A stretch of 64,000 nt of DNA from Eledone cirrhosa (lineage: Eukaryota), in the NCBI GenBank assembly GCA_964016885.1, contig OZ024742.1, forward strand, positions 268,708,001 to 268,772,000, read 5' to 3'. The notes under the pieces are model-generated. The model searched no databases and was not told the DNA's origin. It saw nothing but the letters and a program-made list of their open reading frames with translations. The position numbers and the translations under genes are program-made. Positions 42,321-55,126 of the stretch are shown here, one piece after another; the stretch's first letter is position 1; each line of letters opens with the position of its first letter.

Positions 42321-42639
42321 ATGGAAGAAGACCCCCCCTCCTCTGTCTACACTATACAGAACAGCCAAACAACACCAATCTCACCAACACCAGAAACTAG
42401 ATACACCACCTACCCCATCACCTCTCTGTGTACACTAAACACAGCAGCCAGATAACGGCAATTTCACCACCACCACAACAAATCTCAACATAATAATGAT
42501 AATAATAAATACTATTATTATTGTCCCAAGTTTTAAAAAAATGTTTAATCCCAACATTAAGGGAATTTATGTCAACACATATACGCGTCTAACCCCATAG
42601 ATTCACCGAACGGACATTAGTAACGACAACGCCGCCCAT

Positions 42640-42855
42640 CCATCATTACTACCACTATCCCATCACCGCCGCCACCACTCCTTCATTGCTACCACCGCTA
42701 CAACACCATCACTACAGTAATACGACCACATCACCACCACCACTGCCATCATTACTACCGCTATCCCATCACAGCCGCCACCACTCCTTCATTGCTACCA
42801 CCGCTACAACACCATCACTACAGTAATACGATCACATCACCACCACCACTGCCAT
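42640..42855. repeat. Two copies of a 106-bp CCA/ACC-rich unit
   Basis: ccatcattactacc..cactgc at 42640 and 42746. Confidence 0.85.
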
Positions 42856-43246
42856 AGTATCGACATCACCACCCCCACTGTCTCAGTATCGCTACCGCCG
42901 CTATTCTCTCCCAGTGCTTCCTGCTAGTTGCTGCCACCACATTATAGAATTCCTACTAAAAAAGAGGAAGGCATCAACATATATAGATAGACTCAAAAGA
43001 AAAAAGAAAAAACAAACATCAAAACCAAAGCAGCACAGCAACAACAGCAAAAAAAGAGAAAAACAAACAGAGAGAAACAAAAACAAAAAAAAAACGTAAA
43101 GAAAATAAGAATGAAGAGAGAAACAAGCGGACGGACAGAGAAGAGAATGGAAAAACTGAGTCAGACATTCGAACACTACATTACAATGAAACTTAAGCTT
43201 ATTCATTTTTGGTTTTTTTTCTGCCTGTGTGTTTGTTTGTTTATTT

Positions 43247-46200
43247 ATGTTCGTCTACAGCGTGGTGATAATGCCACACAAGAGCCAAGTGGAGCAGCGC
43301 AACCACCGGAGACGGTGAATCCACAGATGGTTATGTAATCATACATTCGCCAATCCGCGATAAGAGTGTTTAAATATCGAACCTAAACAGTTCGAATAAC
43401 GGTGAAATGGAGACTAGAACATCATGTGACAGACTCTCACCCAACAGGTACTCCCTGGCTCAGCAGCAGGAACCTGGCTGTCAACCAAATACTGCTGGTG
43501 TCGGAGGAAGAAGGAGAAGGAAAGGGACCAAAACCAACTGGACGAAAGAATTGAATAGAACTGTTATGCAATGTTACCTGAAAAGTAACCCCAAGGAAAG
43601 GGGCTATAGGAGACGGATGCATAACATCTGGAACGAGATTGGTTTATTTAAATTAGATGAACAAAAATTGGCCGGGCAGGCTCGGGTAATAAGAACTAAT
43701 GTGTGGATAAGCGAGCTGGAACTGGAGGAACTGAGCAGAGAGATTAGGTTGGAGATGGAAGGTGGAGTATTCCAGGCAAACGAGCCAGTGGGAAATGACG
43801 GTGAAGAATTCGAGAGAACGGAGGAACCACCCGAAGCAGACAATGATCTGAATACTGAGATAAATAATACCTGGAACAGAGATCCGGCCACTGAGGAGAT
43901 GAATGCTGATGGGCTAGGACAAGATTCGGTTGACATCCTAAATTTAGTGGTAGATGAATTGAACAATGATAGTGAGAGACCTATGAACCTAAGATTTGTA
44001 GACAGGAAACATTTAAAAGAAACAACAGCTAAGGTAAACAAAGTCATCTCATACCTTGAGGCGAGGAGCCTTCACCAGTGCAACAATATCCTCAAAGCAA
44101 CAGCAAATACGGTGAGGAAACTACTTGGTATAAAAGCGAGAGGAAGCAACAGACAAGAAAGAGCAGAGCCTTGGTGGAAGAAACGACTGAGTGGTCAAAT
44201 CAGGGAAATGAGAAATGACATTGGAAAGCTTGAGTCACTACTGAATGGGACACTAAAAAACATAGGCACTAAAAATAGACTGGAAATAAAGTACAAAACT
44301 AGGAGGAAAAAGCTAAATATTATCATAGAGGAACTGAAGCAACGCATTGTAGCAAAGAGTGCAAAAATCAGGCGATACGAGAACAGAGTCAGTCAGTATA
44401 AACAGAACCGCATGTTCGACAACAACCAGAAGATGCTGTTTGGACAGCTTGAGGGGAAAGAAAGAGGCAACGACTTGATCCCTGAGGCGGAACAAACTAA
44501 AACATTCTGGAGAGGAATATGGGAGTAGGATGTTAGACATAATGACCAGGCAGGGTGGATTGAGACAGTACAGAGGGAGATAGGTGAGCAGGCACACCAA
44601 CAAACTGATTTGAGTATCATAGTTGAAACTCTTAAGGGGCAGGCCAAAAAGCTAACCAACTGGAAATCACCAGGCCCAGATGGTGCGCAGGGGTATCGGA
44701 TTAAAAATTTAACATCCCTCCACCCGAAACTGACAACCATGTTCAATGACTGCTTGATGTCAGGTGAGGTACCAGAGTGGTTGACAAAAGGTACCACAGT
44801 TCTGATAATGAAAGACCGAATCAAGGGTAATGATGTTACCAACTATAGACCTATCACATGTCTGTCCGTAATGTGGAAACTGTTCACGAGCATTGTGTCT
44901 GAGGAAATCTACCATCACCTCCACACAAACAACTTGTTACCGGACGAACAGAAAGGATGCCGAAAGAAGTCACGTGGTACAAAGGACCAGTTACTTATTG
45001 ATAAGATGGTAATGGGGAATTGCAGGAGGAGACACACTGATCTTGCCATGGGATGGATAGACTACAGAAAGGCATTTGACATGGTGCCTCATTCTTGGAT
45101 CACCAAAAGCCTGGAGATATTCAAGGTGGCAGATAACATCAGACAGTTGCTGGGCAGGAGTATGGGGTCCTGGGAAACAGAGTTGACATCAACTGGAGAC
45201 TCCTTGGGAAGCATGAAGATCAAGAGAGGTATCTTCCAGGGAGATAGCCTGTCCCCTCTGTTGTTTGTCCTTGCCCTGATGCCCCTGACCATAATGCTGC
45301 GAAAAGTGAGCGCAGGATACAAGTTGGGAAAGGGAGAGCTTACCATCAATCACCTCCTCTTCATAGCGGATCTTAAGCTCTTAGGGAAGAGTGAGAAGGA
45401 GTTAGATGTGCTTGTTGACACTGTCCGTATTTTCAGCAGTGATATATGTATGCAGTTTGGTATTAGTAAGTTTGGAGTCATTGTGATGAGGAGGGTAGGT
45501 TGAGCAGAAGTAACGGAATCCAGATATCAACAGGTGAGATGATAAAGGAAATTGACTCTGAGGAAGGATACAAGTATTTGGGCGTTCTGGAGGCTGATGG
45601 CATAAAGAACAAAAAAAATGAAGGAATTGTTAAGAACTGAATACATTTGGAGGGTAAGGAGCGTATTGAAGTCACATCTGAACAGCAGAAATGCCATAAG
45701 CGCAGTAAATTCCCGAGCTGTGTCTATTATTAGGTACAGTACGGGAATTCTGAGATGGAATGTTGCTGAGCAAAAAGAAATGGATAGGAAGACTAGGAAG
45801 CTATTGACTATCTACAACATGTTCCACAAGAGGAGTGATGTCGATAGACTCTACCTAAGGAGATCTGAGGGTGGAAGAGGTCTTATCAGCATAGAGGACT
45901 GTGTTCAGATGGAGAAAAACAACCTACACAAATACGTGACTGATAGTAAGGAGCCAATGCTCAGAACTGTACTGAAGGAGGGGACAATAGGCCAGGGGAT
46001 GTCCAAGGAGGAAATAACATCAAGGAGAAAGAGCAGCCTTCAGGGAAAATCCCTTCATAGTACCTTCTTTGAGAAAACTGAATTTAGAGATCCACAGACA
46101 TGGAACTGGTTGAAAAGAGGAGACCTCAAAAAGGCTACAGAAGGAATGTTAATGACTGCGCAGGAGCAGGCACCCAAAACGAAGTGGTTGAAACACCATA

Positions 46201-46890
46201 TTTACAAGGAGGAGGCTAGCCCACTGTGCAGGATCTGTGGAGAGAGAGAGGAGACTGTGGCTCACATTGTATCCGAGTGTAAACACCTAGCCCAGACCCA
46301 CTATAAGGGCTGGAGACATGATGTGATGGGAAGGATGATCCACTGGCACCTAAGCAAAGTAAACAATTTACCACATTCTGAGAAATGGTATGAGCATAGG
46401 CCAGAGGCGGTGATGGAGAACAATCAGGTGAAGGTGCTGTGGGATTTTAGGATACAGACGGACACAAAACTGGAACACAATAGACCTGAACTGGTGGTTG
46501 TGGACAAAGAAAAAAGATCGTGTCTGATCGTGGATGTGGCCTGCCCATTCGACGCGAGAGTGCAAGAGAAGGAGAGGGAGAAAATTAACCGATACCAGGA
46601 TTTAAAGTGGGAGGTAAAAAGGATTTGGAACTGCCATGAAGTCAAAGTGATCCCGATTGTCATAGGCGCACTGGGGACTATCTCCAAAAGTTTCCAGGTA
46701 TGGTTAAAGAAAATCGGCCCCTTCACGCTTTTTGGAACGCTTCAAAAGGAATGCTTGCTGGGAACAGCAAGAACCCTCCGATACGTCATGAATATCTGAG
46801 GCTGCAGGTAGTGGCTTGATATTCATTTCAACAAACTTTCCAGTTAACTAACATCAATGACTGAGATTCAAGGAATAATGATAATAATAA
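43247..46890 (+). mobile_element. Full-length R4/Dong-like LINE family B
   Basis: 5' UTR, ORF from 43407 to 46799, 3' UTR then TAA repeats. Confidence 0.9.
43407..46799 (+). pseudogene. R4/Dong-like ORF (RT, CCHC, RLE) with TAG at 44526 and frameshifts near 45495-45620
   Basis: [81 protein letters not shown]. Confidence 0.9.
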
Positions 46891-47120
46891 TGTTTTCTTT
46901 ATTAACCACAAGGGTTTACATAAAGTAGACATTAAGGACAGTACAGGACAATACAGTCGGTACAAATGGGTATTTCTGCGTGTAAAAAAAACAGAGGATG
47001 TAATAGAATAACACAGAAAAATTCCCCAATAGGGGGCAGACTTCCGAGGGACATTTGTAGAGAAAGCCCTTTAAAATACCACAGTGACCCTGACTACTAG
47101 GGCAAGTGCCCTCTCCCAGT

Positions 47121-50100
47121 TTTCCATCTTTAATTTACAGACACATACTCAGAGAAGGCCCATTCATTCGGGCCATACTTGCTTCTCTCACCCATCTTTC
47201 AACAAAATGCTGGGAAGAGAGCACTTCCCTCTCTACCCTGATTTTCCTTTTCAAATGAAATTTGAAAAAGTTAATCAGGGCATCACCGAAGAGGTAAGTG
47301 CTCGTCTTCAGCCCTTTCAAACGTGTCCGCCATACTATCTCTTTCGCCATGGCCACCAGACAGATAAAAACTGCCTGCCCTTCCCGGCTAAAGGAAGAGG
47401 GCGGGGAAATCCTCACCATGGACTCAGCTGATAGCTGGATCCGTCCTACACGTGACAGCAGGTGTTCGACATAAACCCACAAGCCAGCATGCTCGGACAC
47501 TGGACGAGTGCGTGCAGGACGGTTTCATCGCCCTGTGCGCATCTCGCACATGCCCGGCTGACGGCACCTCCATGCCTGTAGAGTTTATCCCGAACTGGCA
47601 AAGCTCCCCGGTAGCACTGCCAGTCCAGGGATTTCTGGAAGTTGTCCATAGGCCCCGGCCCGAAAGTTCTTCCGAAGAGATTGGCTAGTTGATTTTCGTC
47701 GACGCCTAGAGTTTCTCCAAGTACGTCGTCGCTCTTCCCCTCCACTAATCCCCTATAGAACGCCTAAGTGGAGTTTATACCGATCACATTGCCCGATTGG
47801 TCGAGGCTGTGAGCGCCTGAAAACATTCCAGTAGCCTAGCGCTCCCTCTCGGTCTTCGCTTGACCCACGACTGCAGCTCCGTCAAGGAGACGAGCTGGGT
47901 AAAAACGTCTCTAGCAAACGGCGACTACAACTGATCACCGTCGAGGAAGAGGTGGAGATGTCGTAGCCTGAGCGCGTGTCTGCGCATCATCAGCCACGGC
48001 GTGCCCAGCCCTCCACGTAGCGGGTGTTGACAGCAGATGGACCGCCTGACCATCGGAGCGCGTCCCTTCCACAAGAAGCGAAAGAGCAAACAGTCCAGCG
48101 CAGTCAGGCGGGGCTTAGGACAAGCTACGACGGTCAGGCGGTAGTAGATGACGGACGCGATGTACGCGTTAGCCACCTCCGCTCGACCTTTCAGGTATAG
48201 CTTCCTCTCGGCCCATTTCTGCGAGAGAGAAGCCACCCTGATCGTCAGCTCATCCCAGTTTTTGTCCGTCTGGAGGTCTGGACCGAACCAGACCCCTAGC
48301 AATTTAACCAGTCCATCCGTCCAGCGCCCGACGACGCTGTTGGACGGCATGGACCTGCCTCTCCAGGTGCGGAGCTGCAGGCACACTGACTTTTCCTGGT
48401 TGATAATTGCTCCTGTCACCGCTTCGTATTCTCTTAGTGTAGTGCTGATCGCCTCAATGTGTTTGGCGTTCGACTCCACTACGGTGACATCGTCCGCATA
48501 TGCTGACACGGATCTTCCGCATCCTAGTTCGGGCGGGACGCCCCTCAGCGTCTCCAGTTTGTGCAGTAATGGCTCGAGAGTCAATACGTACAATAGGGAC
48601 GAGAGGGGTCATCCTTGGCGGACCAAGCGCATGATGTTGAACGGTTCCGAACGGTGACCGTTCACGCTCACTATAGAGCAGATGTCGCTGTGCATGGCAG
48701 CGATCCAGCCTCTGAAGACGGGCCCAAAGCCAGCCGCCCTCAGGACTGCCGCTAGGTAACGATGGTGGACCCTATCGAAGGCTTTCGACTGATCTAAATT
48801 GATCAAGAACCCACCTGTGCCAGGTTCCCTAGCTACCCTCACTACGATGTATCGCATGAGGTGGAGGTTGTCGTGGATGGATCTGTCGGGAATGGTGCAT
48901 GTCTGTGCCTCTCCCACCAGACCACCAACGACAAACCCCAACCTCTTTGCTAGCACCTCGGCCAAAATCTTGAACTCTGTGTTTAGCAGAGTTATGAGCC
49001 CAAAAATATCTATGTTATCCCCCTTGTTCGGATCCTTTCTCAGCAGCGCCACCACTCCTCGGCTCACAGAGCTGGGAATTCTCCCGTTCTGTTGCCAGTT
49101 GCAGTAGACGTCCGCCAAGAGGCCTCCGAACAAGTCTGGCATTTGTACGTAAAGGTCATAGGGCAGACCATCCAAACCAGGCGATTTATACCTTGTGCAG
49201 CCAGTCATTGCCTCCCGTACTTCAGCGGTTGTTATCGGCTTTTCGCAACACTCCGCCTCAGTAGCCGAAAGCCGCAGCAGTCCGTCAAGGTAGACACTAA
49301 AGTCCATCCCTCGATCCGGCCCGCCACTGCCTCCGAACAGTTGAGCGAAGTGTCACTGAAAAGCTTCACACATTACCCGGGATCGAGTAGCATGCGCCCG
49401 TCGTGGTCCACCAAAGACCGGATCGTGGCTTTATTGCCACGACGCGCCTCCGCCATTCGGGCCCATTGAACGGCTTTCGTCCCCTCGTGTCTGAGAGCAC
49501 GCACCCTAGCTGTGACACCGCAGCCTTCGTGCTTTGCATTGAAGAATTGGTCAAGGGCCAATTTCGCCGCAAGTACGTCGGTCGCGATGCCTTTGCTAAT
49601 TTTCTAACTAATTTTCTCTCTGCGCTATTTTTCTCTATTGCTAAAGCCTTACTAACCCTAATGGACTCTATTCTAATTGCTCTTTTCAGAGCAAACCACC
49701 ACTTGTTGTTGATGATGGCCCCGTCAACGCCCGCTTAACTAGTTTGCTAATCCGGTCTCTGTAGGCCTTGCGCGCTGGTAAGGACGCCTTAGCCTGCAGT
49801 AGCCGGGTCCTCGTCTATGAAGCCTATCTAAGTCAAGCACACAGATCACGAATTTGTGGTCCGTGTAGCTGACTATCTTGAATTGTGGACAGCCTATGCT
49901 AGACCTATCTATTTCTCTACAAAATATTCTATCTAGATATGATCTGGATGACCCTATGCGATTTGTCCAAGTCCACATTGGTACATTCGGGAAATCCATT
50001 CGGTACCTGTCAGACAGTTCAAAACGCCTGAGCAGATTGGTGAGACTCTTGCACCCTCCTTCCCTATCCACTAATCCCACACAATCCCAGCGTGCATCTA

Positions 50101-50536
50101 AGATCCCGTTCCAGTCGCCCACTAACACTAAAGAGCGGGACGTTCCAAGAAAGGTCTCCAGACGCCGGAAGAAATCAGGCCGCCCTGCTCCTGTCGGGGC
50201 ATAGACGGCCACTAACCTGAAAGCTTGCCCTTCTCCGCTGGTCACGTCCAGCACCACCAACTTACCTTCTGTGTCCAGGAAGATGGCCCGTATGGCAAGA
50301 TCCAAACCTCTGCGAAAAAGCACAGCAACTCCTCCCCCCGATCCCGGACGGCTGGGAGATGCGTACACATCGTAGCCGCCGAAGATCGGTGCGAAGGCCC
50401 GTGCTTCGGAGATTCTAGTCTCGCTGATGGCCACTACATCTATGTTTAGTGACCTGAGGTCGTTGAGCAGGTGGCCCTGCTTCCATGACGACCCTAAGCC
50501 ACGCGCATTTATGCTGCCTATTCTGAGTGAGGTCAT
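47121..50536 (-). pseudogene. Tx1-like ORF2: AP endonuclease, RT and C-terminal zinc finger (frameshifted)
   Basis: SINARGL, ISET, VYAP, GDWN, YLDRIF, TDH; KSPGLDGLP, DQSKAFDRV, RQG, AYADD; CARC..ETVLHALVQC. Confidence 0.9.
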
Positions 50537-50570
50537 GTTGGAAAGGAGTGGAAAAGATGGGAAAGACCAC

Positions 50571-52516
50571 TTACCTTACTTCTCGTAGGGGAAGGACGGT
50601 TTTTCCATCCTTTTCTCTGATTGTGGCCTCCTCAGGAAGGATGTCCTTATAAATCCTCCTGGAGAGTGCTTGTCGGAAGTCTCCGATGTCTTTGGGGAAT
50701 TTTTGTTTTAGTGTCATGTACGTTTTCTGTGTGATGCGAGTGATTTGTATGTGTGGGGGTGGTGTGAAGTTTGGGGTTGTTGTGTAGTCTTTTTCTGTGA
50801 TGCTGGTGTTGTGTTGGATGTAGTGTAATAATTGCTTGTTGTTCAAATTTAATGCTGTGTAGTGTGTATCGTTTTGGTTGATTTGTTTTGTTTGCGTTTG
50901 TTGTGGGTTTGTTTCTGTTTCGCATTTTGGTGACTTTTGTGGTGTAGGTGATGGTGGTGTTAGGGTTAATGATGGTGATGGTGTTGGTATTTGGGTTGAT
51001 GGGGTTGGTAATGCTGGTGTGGATGGTGGCATATCTGTCCTAACCTTTTTGTTTCTTAATTTATTTGTTTCCGTCTGTATTTTGTTTTTGGAGGGGGAAG
51101 GAAGAGAATTTTTTCTTTTTTGGTTTCTTCATTTTCCTGATACCGTTTCCCACTCCTCGTCGTCACAATCTGTCTCCCGTTGTGATAGCCCGGGGAGTGG
51201 AAAATCCTCCACAAGCATTAGTTTTGGTTGTGGCGTGGTGGATGGTGTAGGCGCTGGTGCTAGTTCTGAAGCGTTGGGTGGTGGTGGTGTTGGTTTTGCT
51301 ACTGTTGCTGGGGTTGTTGCTGTTATGATTGCTTCTGTTGTTGCTGCTACAGTTGTTGCTGCCATATCTGCTACTGGTTGTGTTGATGGTTGTGTCACTG
51401 GGGTGGGTAGGAGAGGTGGCCTCAACCTTTTAGACTGAGGGCAGAAAGCCCTTAGGTGGGTTCCTTCACCACAAACGACACACCTAGGCCTTCTGCCCTC
51501 GACAATTACGGTGAGGTGGCTGCCGTCAGTGTGGTCTATTACCTCTGGGATCTCCGCAATGCTTTTTTGGTCCGCTTGGCTCAGGAGCTCCATCCCAGAT
51601 CCGGACCAGTTTTCCTGCTTTTCTTTTGCTATTGCTATTATCTTTGTGTTGGCCTCGATGCCGGCGAGGACGGCCGCTATTAGCCAGGGAATTTCGATGG
51701 CCGGTGGAACGTGGGTCACCCTGATCTTTACGAGACTCTGGCCACAATAGCTTGGGACGAGTGTGAAGTCGTCACTTCTTAATGGGGCCATGGAGTGTTC
51801 TCTAGCCTCCTCTGGTGTTTCAAAGAACACGTCCACGGTTCCATACTTTTGCCCACGTCTGATGTGGGTTTATCTTGCCCACACATGTCCCAAAGCTTTT
51901 TAGATTTGGGACTCGGATGCGATTTTACATTTATTGTTTTATACGACACGGTGCATAGGCGCCGATGCTCCATTTTATTAGGTTGGGGGGTGAGGCTGAC
52001 CCTGTACCCATCTTTCTTTACCATTTGTTTGGCATTTTCTAAATCCTCCTGAGTTACCGTAAATGCTTCGAACTGTTTTGCTACTCTGGCAAAACTGAGG
52101 GTGGTTTATTTTATGTTATTGTTGTTGTTGTTGCTATCGTTATTTTTGTTATTATTAATTTTAGTTTCAGTTGTGGTGGTGTTGACGTCAGTGAAAGTCG
52201 GTTTGGGAGAGTCTATTTTGGTTGAAAATATTTCGACATCACGAGTTGATTTATTTTTTCCTTTTGTTTCTGTTGTTGCGGTGGGGGTGGGGGTGGTTGT
52301 TGTCGCGGTGGAGGTGGTGGTGGAGGCTTTAACACCTGCAGTCATTGGTAATGGCGGGAAATGAATGTCTGCCTGAGACAAATTTAAAATATTGCTACTG
52401 CTTATATTTTTTTTAGTATTGGCAAATGTAGTAACATTTACAATGGTGGTGTCGGTGTGAGGTGTTAATTTGTGAGGAAGGCTTTCAGCTGCTTGGTGCA
52501 GAGATGAATTAGCCAT
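50571..52516 (-). pseudogene. Tx1-like ORF1 (gag-like, zinc knuckle), frameshifted
   Basis: VEGRRPRCVVCGEGTHLRAFCP; Thr/Pro-rich linkers; pieces 52106-52516, 51779-52024, 51129-51836, 50571-51032. Confidence 0.8.
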
Positions 52517-52726
52517 TTCTTTTTCAAAGAAATTTTTTGATAATCATAAAAGTTTAAATTTTGGGCACAAGGCCCCAATCTTTTTGGGTGTCCTTTTCGG
52601 AAAACAATGTATGTGCGCTTATATATAGTTAACAATAACAATTTTCCATAAATGGCAATTTTTTACAAACGGAAATAAGAAATCTTTGCGGAGCTCACGA
52701 TGATACGATTTACTACGTAGGTCGCC

Positions 52727-52727
<1 letters not shown>

Positions 52728-52773
<46 letters not shown>
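52728..52773. repeat. (TAA)n microsatellite between the Tx1 5' end and a family B copy
   Basis: Direct reading. Confidence 0.95.
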
Positions 52774-52776
<3 letters not shown>

Positions 52777-52788
52777 AAACAATGAAAA

Positions 52789-55086
52789 CTGTGGATTGAG
52801 ACAGAATACAAAAGGAACAGGCACACCAACAAACTAATTTGAGTATCACAGTTGAAACTCTTAAGGGGCAGGTCAAAAAACTAACCAACTGGAAATCACC
52901 AGGCCCAGATGTGCAGGGGTATTGGATTAAACATATGACATCCCTCCACCCGAAACTGACAACCATGTTCAATGACTGCTTGATGTCAGGTGAGGTACCA
53001 GAGTGGTTAACAAAAGGTACCACAGTTCTGGTAATGAAAGGCCGTATCAAGGGTAATGATGTTACCAACAATAGACCTATCACATGTCTGCCCGTAATGT
53101 GTAAACTGTTGACAAGCATTGTGTCTGAGGAAATCTACCATCACCTCCACACAAACAGCTTGTGACCGGACGAACAGAAAGGATGCCGAAAGAAATCCCG
53201 TAGTACGAAGGACCAGTTACTTATTGGTAAGATGGTAATGAGGAATTGCAAGAGAAGACACACTGGTCTTGCCATGGGATGGATAGACTACAAAAAGGCA
53301 TTTGACATGGTGCCTCATTCTTGGATCACCAAAAGCCTAGAGATCTTCAAGGTTCCAGATAACATCAGACAGTTGTTGAGCAAAAGTAGGAAGTCCTGGA
53401 AAACAGAGTTAACATCAGCTGGAGAATCCTTGGGAGACGTGAAGATCAAGAGAGGTATCTTCCAGGGAGATAGTCTGTCCCCTCTGTTGTTTGTCCTTGC
53501 CCTGATACCCCTGACCAATATACTGCGAAAAGTGAGAACAGGATACAAGTTGGGAAAGGGAGAGATTACCATCAATCACCTCCTCTTCATGGACGATCTT
53601 AAGCTCTTCGGGAAAAGTGAGAAGGAGTTAGATGTGCTTGTTTACACTGTCCGTATTTTCAGCAATGATATATGTATGCAATTTGGTATTAATAAGTGTG
53701 GATTCCTTGTGATGAAGAGGGTTAAATTGAGCAGAAGCAACGGAATCCAGGTACCAACAGGTGAGATGATAAAGGAAATTGACACTGAAGAAGGATACAA
53801 GTATTTGGGTATTCTGGAACAAAATAATGAAGGAATTGATAAGATCTGAATACATTCGGAATGTAAGGAGCGTATTAAATTCACATCTGAACAGTAAGAA
53901 TGCCATAAGTGCAGTAAATTCCCCAGCTGTGTCTATTATTAGGTACAGTGTGGGAGTTCTGAGATGGAATGTTGCTGAACAAAAAGAAATGGATAGGAAG
54001 ACTAGGAAGCTATTGACTATCTACAACATGTTCCAAAAGAGGAGTGATGTCGATAGACTCTACTTGAGGAGATCTGAAGGTGGAAGAGGACTTATAAGCA
54101 TAGAGGACTGTTTTCAGATGGAGAAAAACAACTTACACAAATACGTGACTGATAGTAAGGAGTCAATGCTCAAAACTGTACTGAAGGAGAGGACAATATA
54201 CCAGGGGATGTCCAAGGAGGAAATAACAACAAGGAGTAAGAGCAGCCTTCATGAAAAATCCCTTCATAGTACGTTCTTTGAGAAAACTGAATTCAGAGAT
54301 CCACAGACATGGAACTGGTTGAAAAGAGGAGACCTTAAAAAGGCTACAGAAGGAATGTTAATGGCTGCGCAAGAGCAGGCTCTCAAAACGAAGTGGTTAA
54401 ACTACCATATTTACAAGGAGGAAGCTAGCCCACTGTGCAGGATCTGTGGAGACAGAGAGGAGATTGTGGATCACATTGTATCCGAGTGTAAACACCTAGC
54501 CCAGACTCACTATAAGGGCTGGAGACATGATGTGATGGGCAGGGTGATCCACTGGCACCTATGCAAAGTAAACAATTTACCACATTCTGAGAAGTGGTAT
54601 GAGCATAAGCCAGAGTCGTTGATAGAAAACGATCAGGTGAAGGTGCTGTGTGATTTTAGGATACAGACGGACAAGAAACTGGAACACAATAGACCTGACC
54701 TGGTGGTTTTGGACACATAAAAAAGATCGTGCCTGATTGTGGATGTGGCCTGCCCATTCGACACGAGAGTGAAAGAGAAGGAGAGGGAGAAAAATTAACC
54801 GATACCAGGACTTAAGGTGGGAGGTAAAAAGGATTTGGAACTGCCATGAAGTGAAAGTGGTCCCGATTGTCATAGGCGCACTAGGTACTATCTCACAAAG
54901 TTTCCAGGGATGGTTAAAGAAAATTGGCTCCGCCACGATTTTTGGAACGCTTCAAAAGGCATGCTTGCTGGGAACAGCAAGAACCCTCCGATACGTCATG
55001 AATATCTGAGGCTGCAGGTAGTGGCTTGATATTCATTTCAACAAACTTTCCAGTTAACTAACATTAATGACTGAAACTCAAAGAAC

Positions 55087-55125
<39 letters not shown>
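52789..55125 (+). mobile_element. 5'-truncated R4/Dong-like family B copy with (TAA)n tail
   Basis: Colinear with 44555-46890; FMDD intact; several stops and indels. Confidence 0.9.

Positions 55126-55126
<1 letters not shown>

Larger units (their letters stand above)
46891..52727 (-). mobile_element. Apparently full-length L1/Tx1-like LINE between (TAA)n tracts
   Basis: 5' UTR 52727-52517; ORF1 with CX2CX4HX4C knuckle; ORF2 APE-RT-CCHC; 3' UTR with aataaa; TAA repeats at both ends. Confidence 0.9.

Noticed and set aside
42321-43240. Possible Tx1-like ORF1 remnant (Thr/Pro-rich then Lys-rich)
   Set aside because: Only compositional similarity; no zinc knuckle or alignable segment.
52555-52580. 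Tx1 5' UTR segment ggccttgtgccc resembling the SINE 3' tail
   Set aside because: An ~11-nt match is too short to distinguish from chance.
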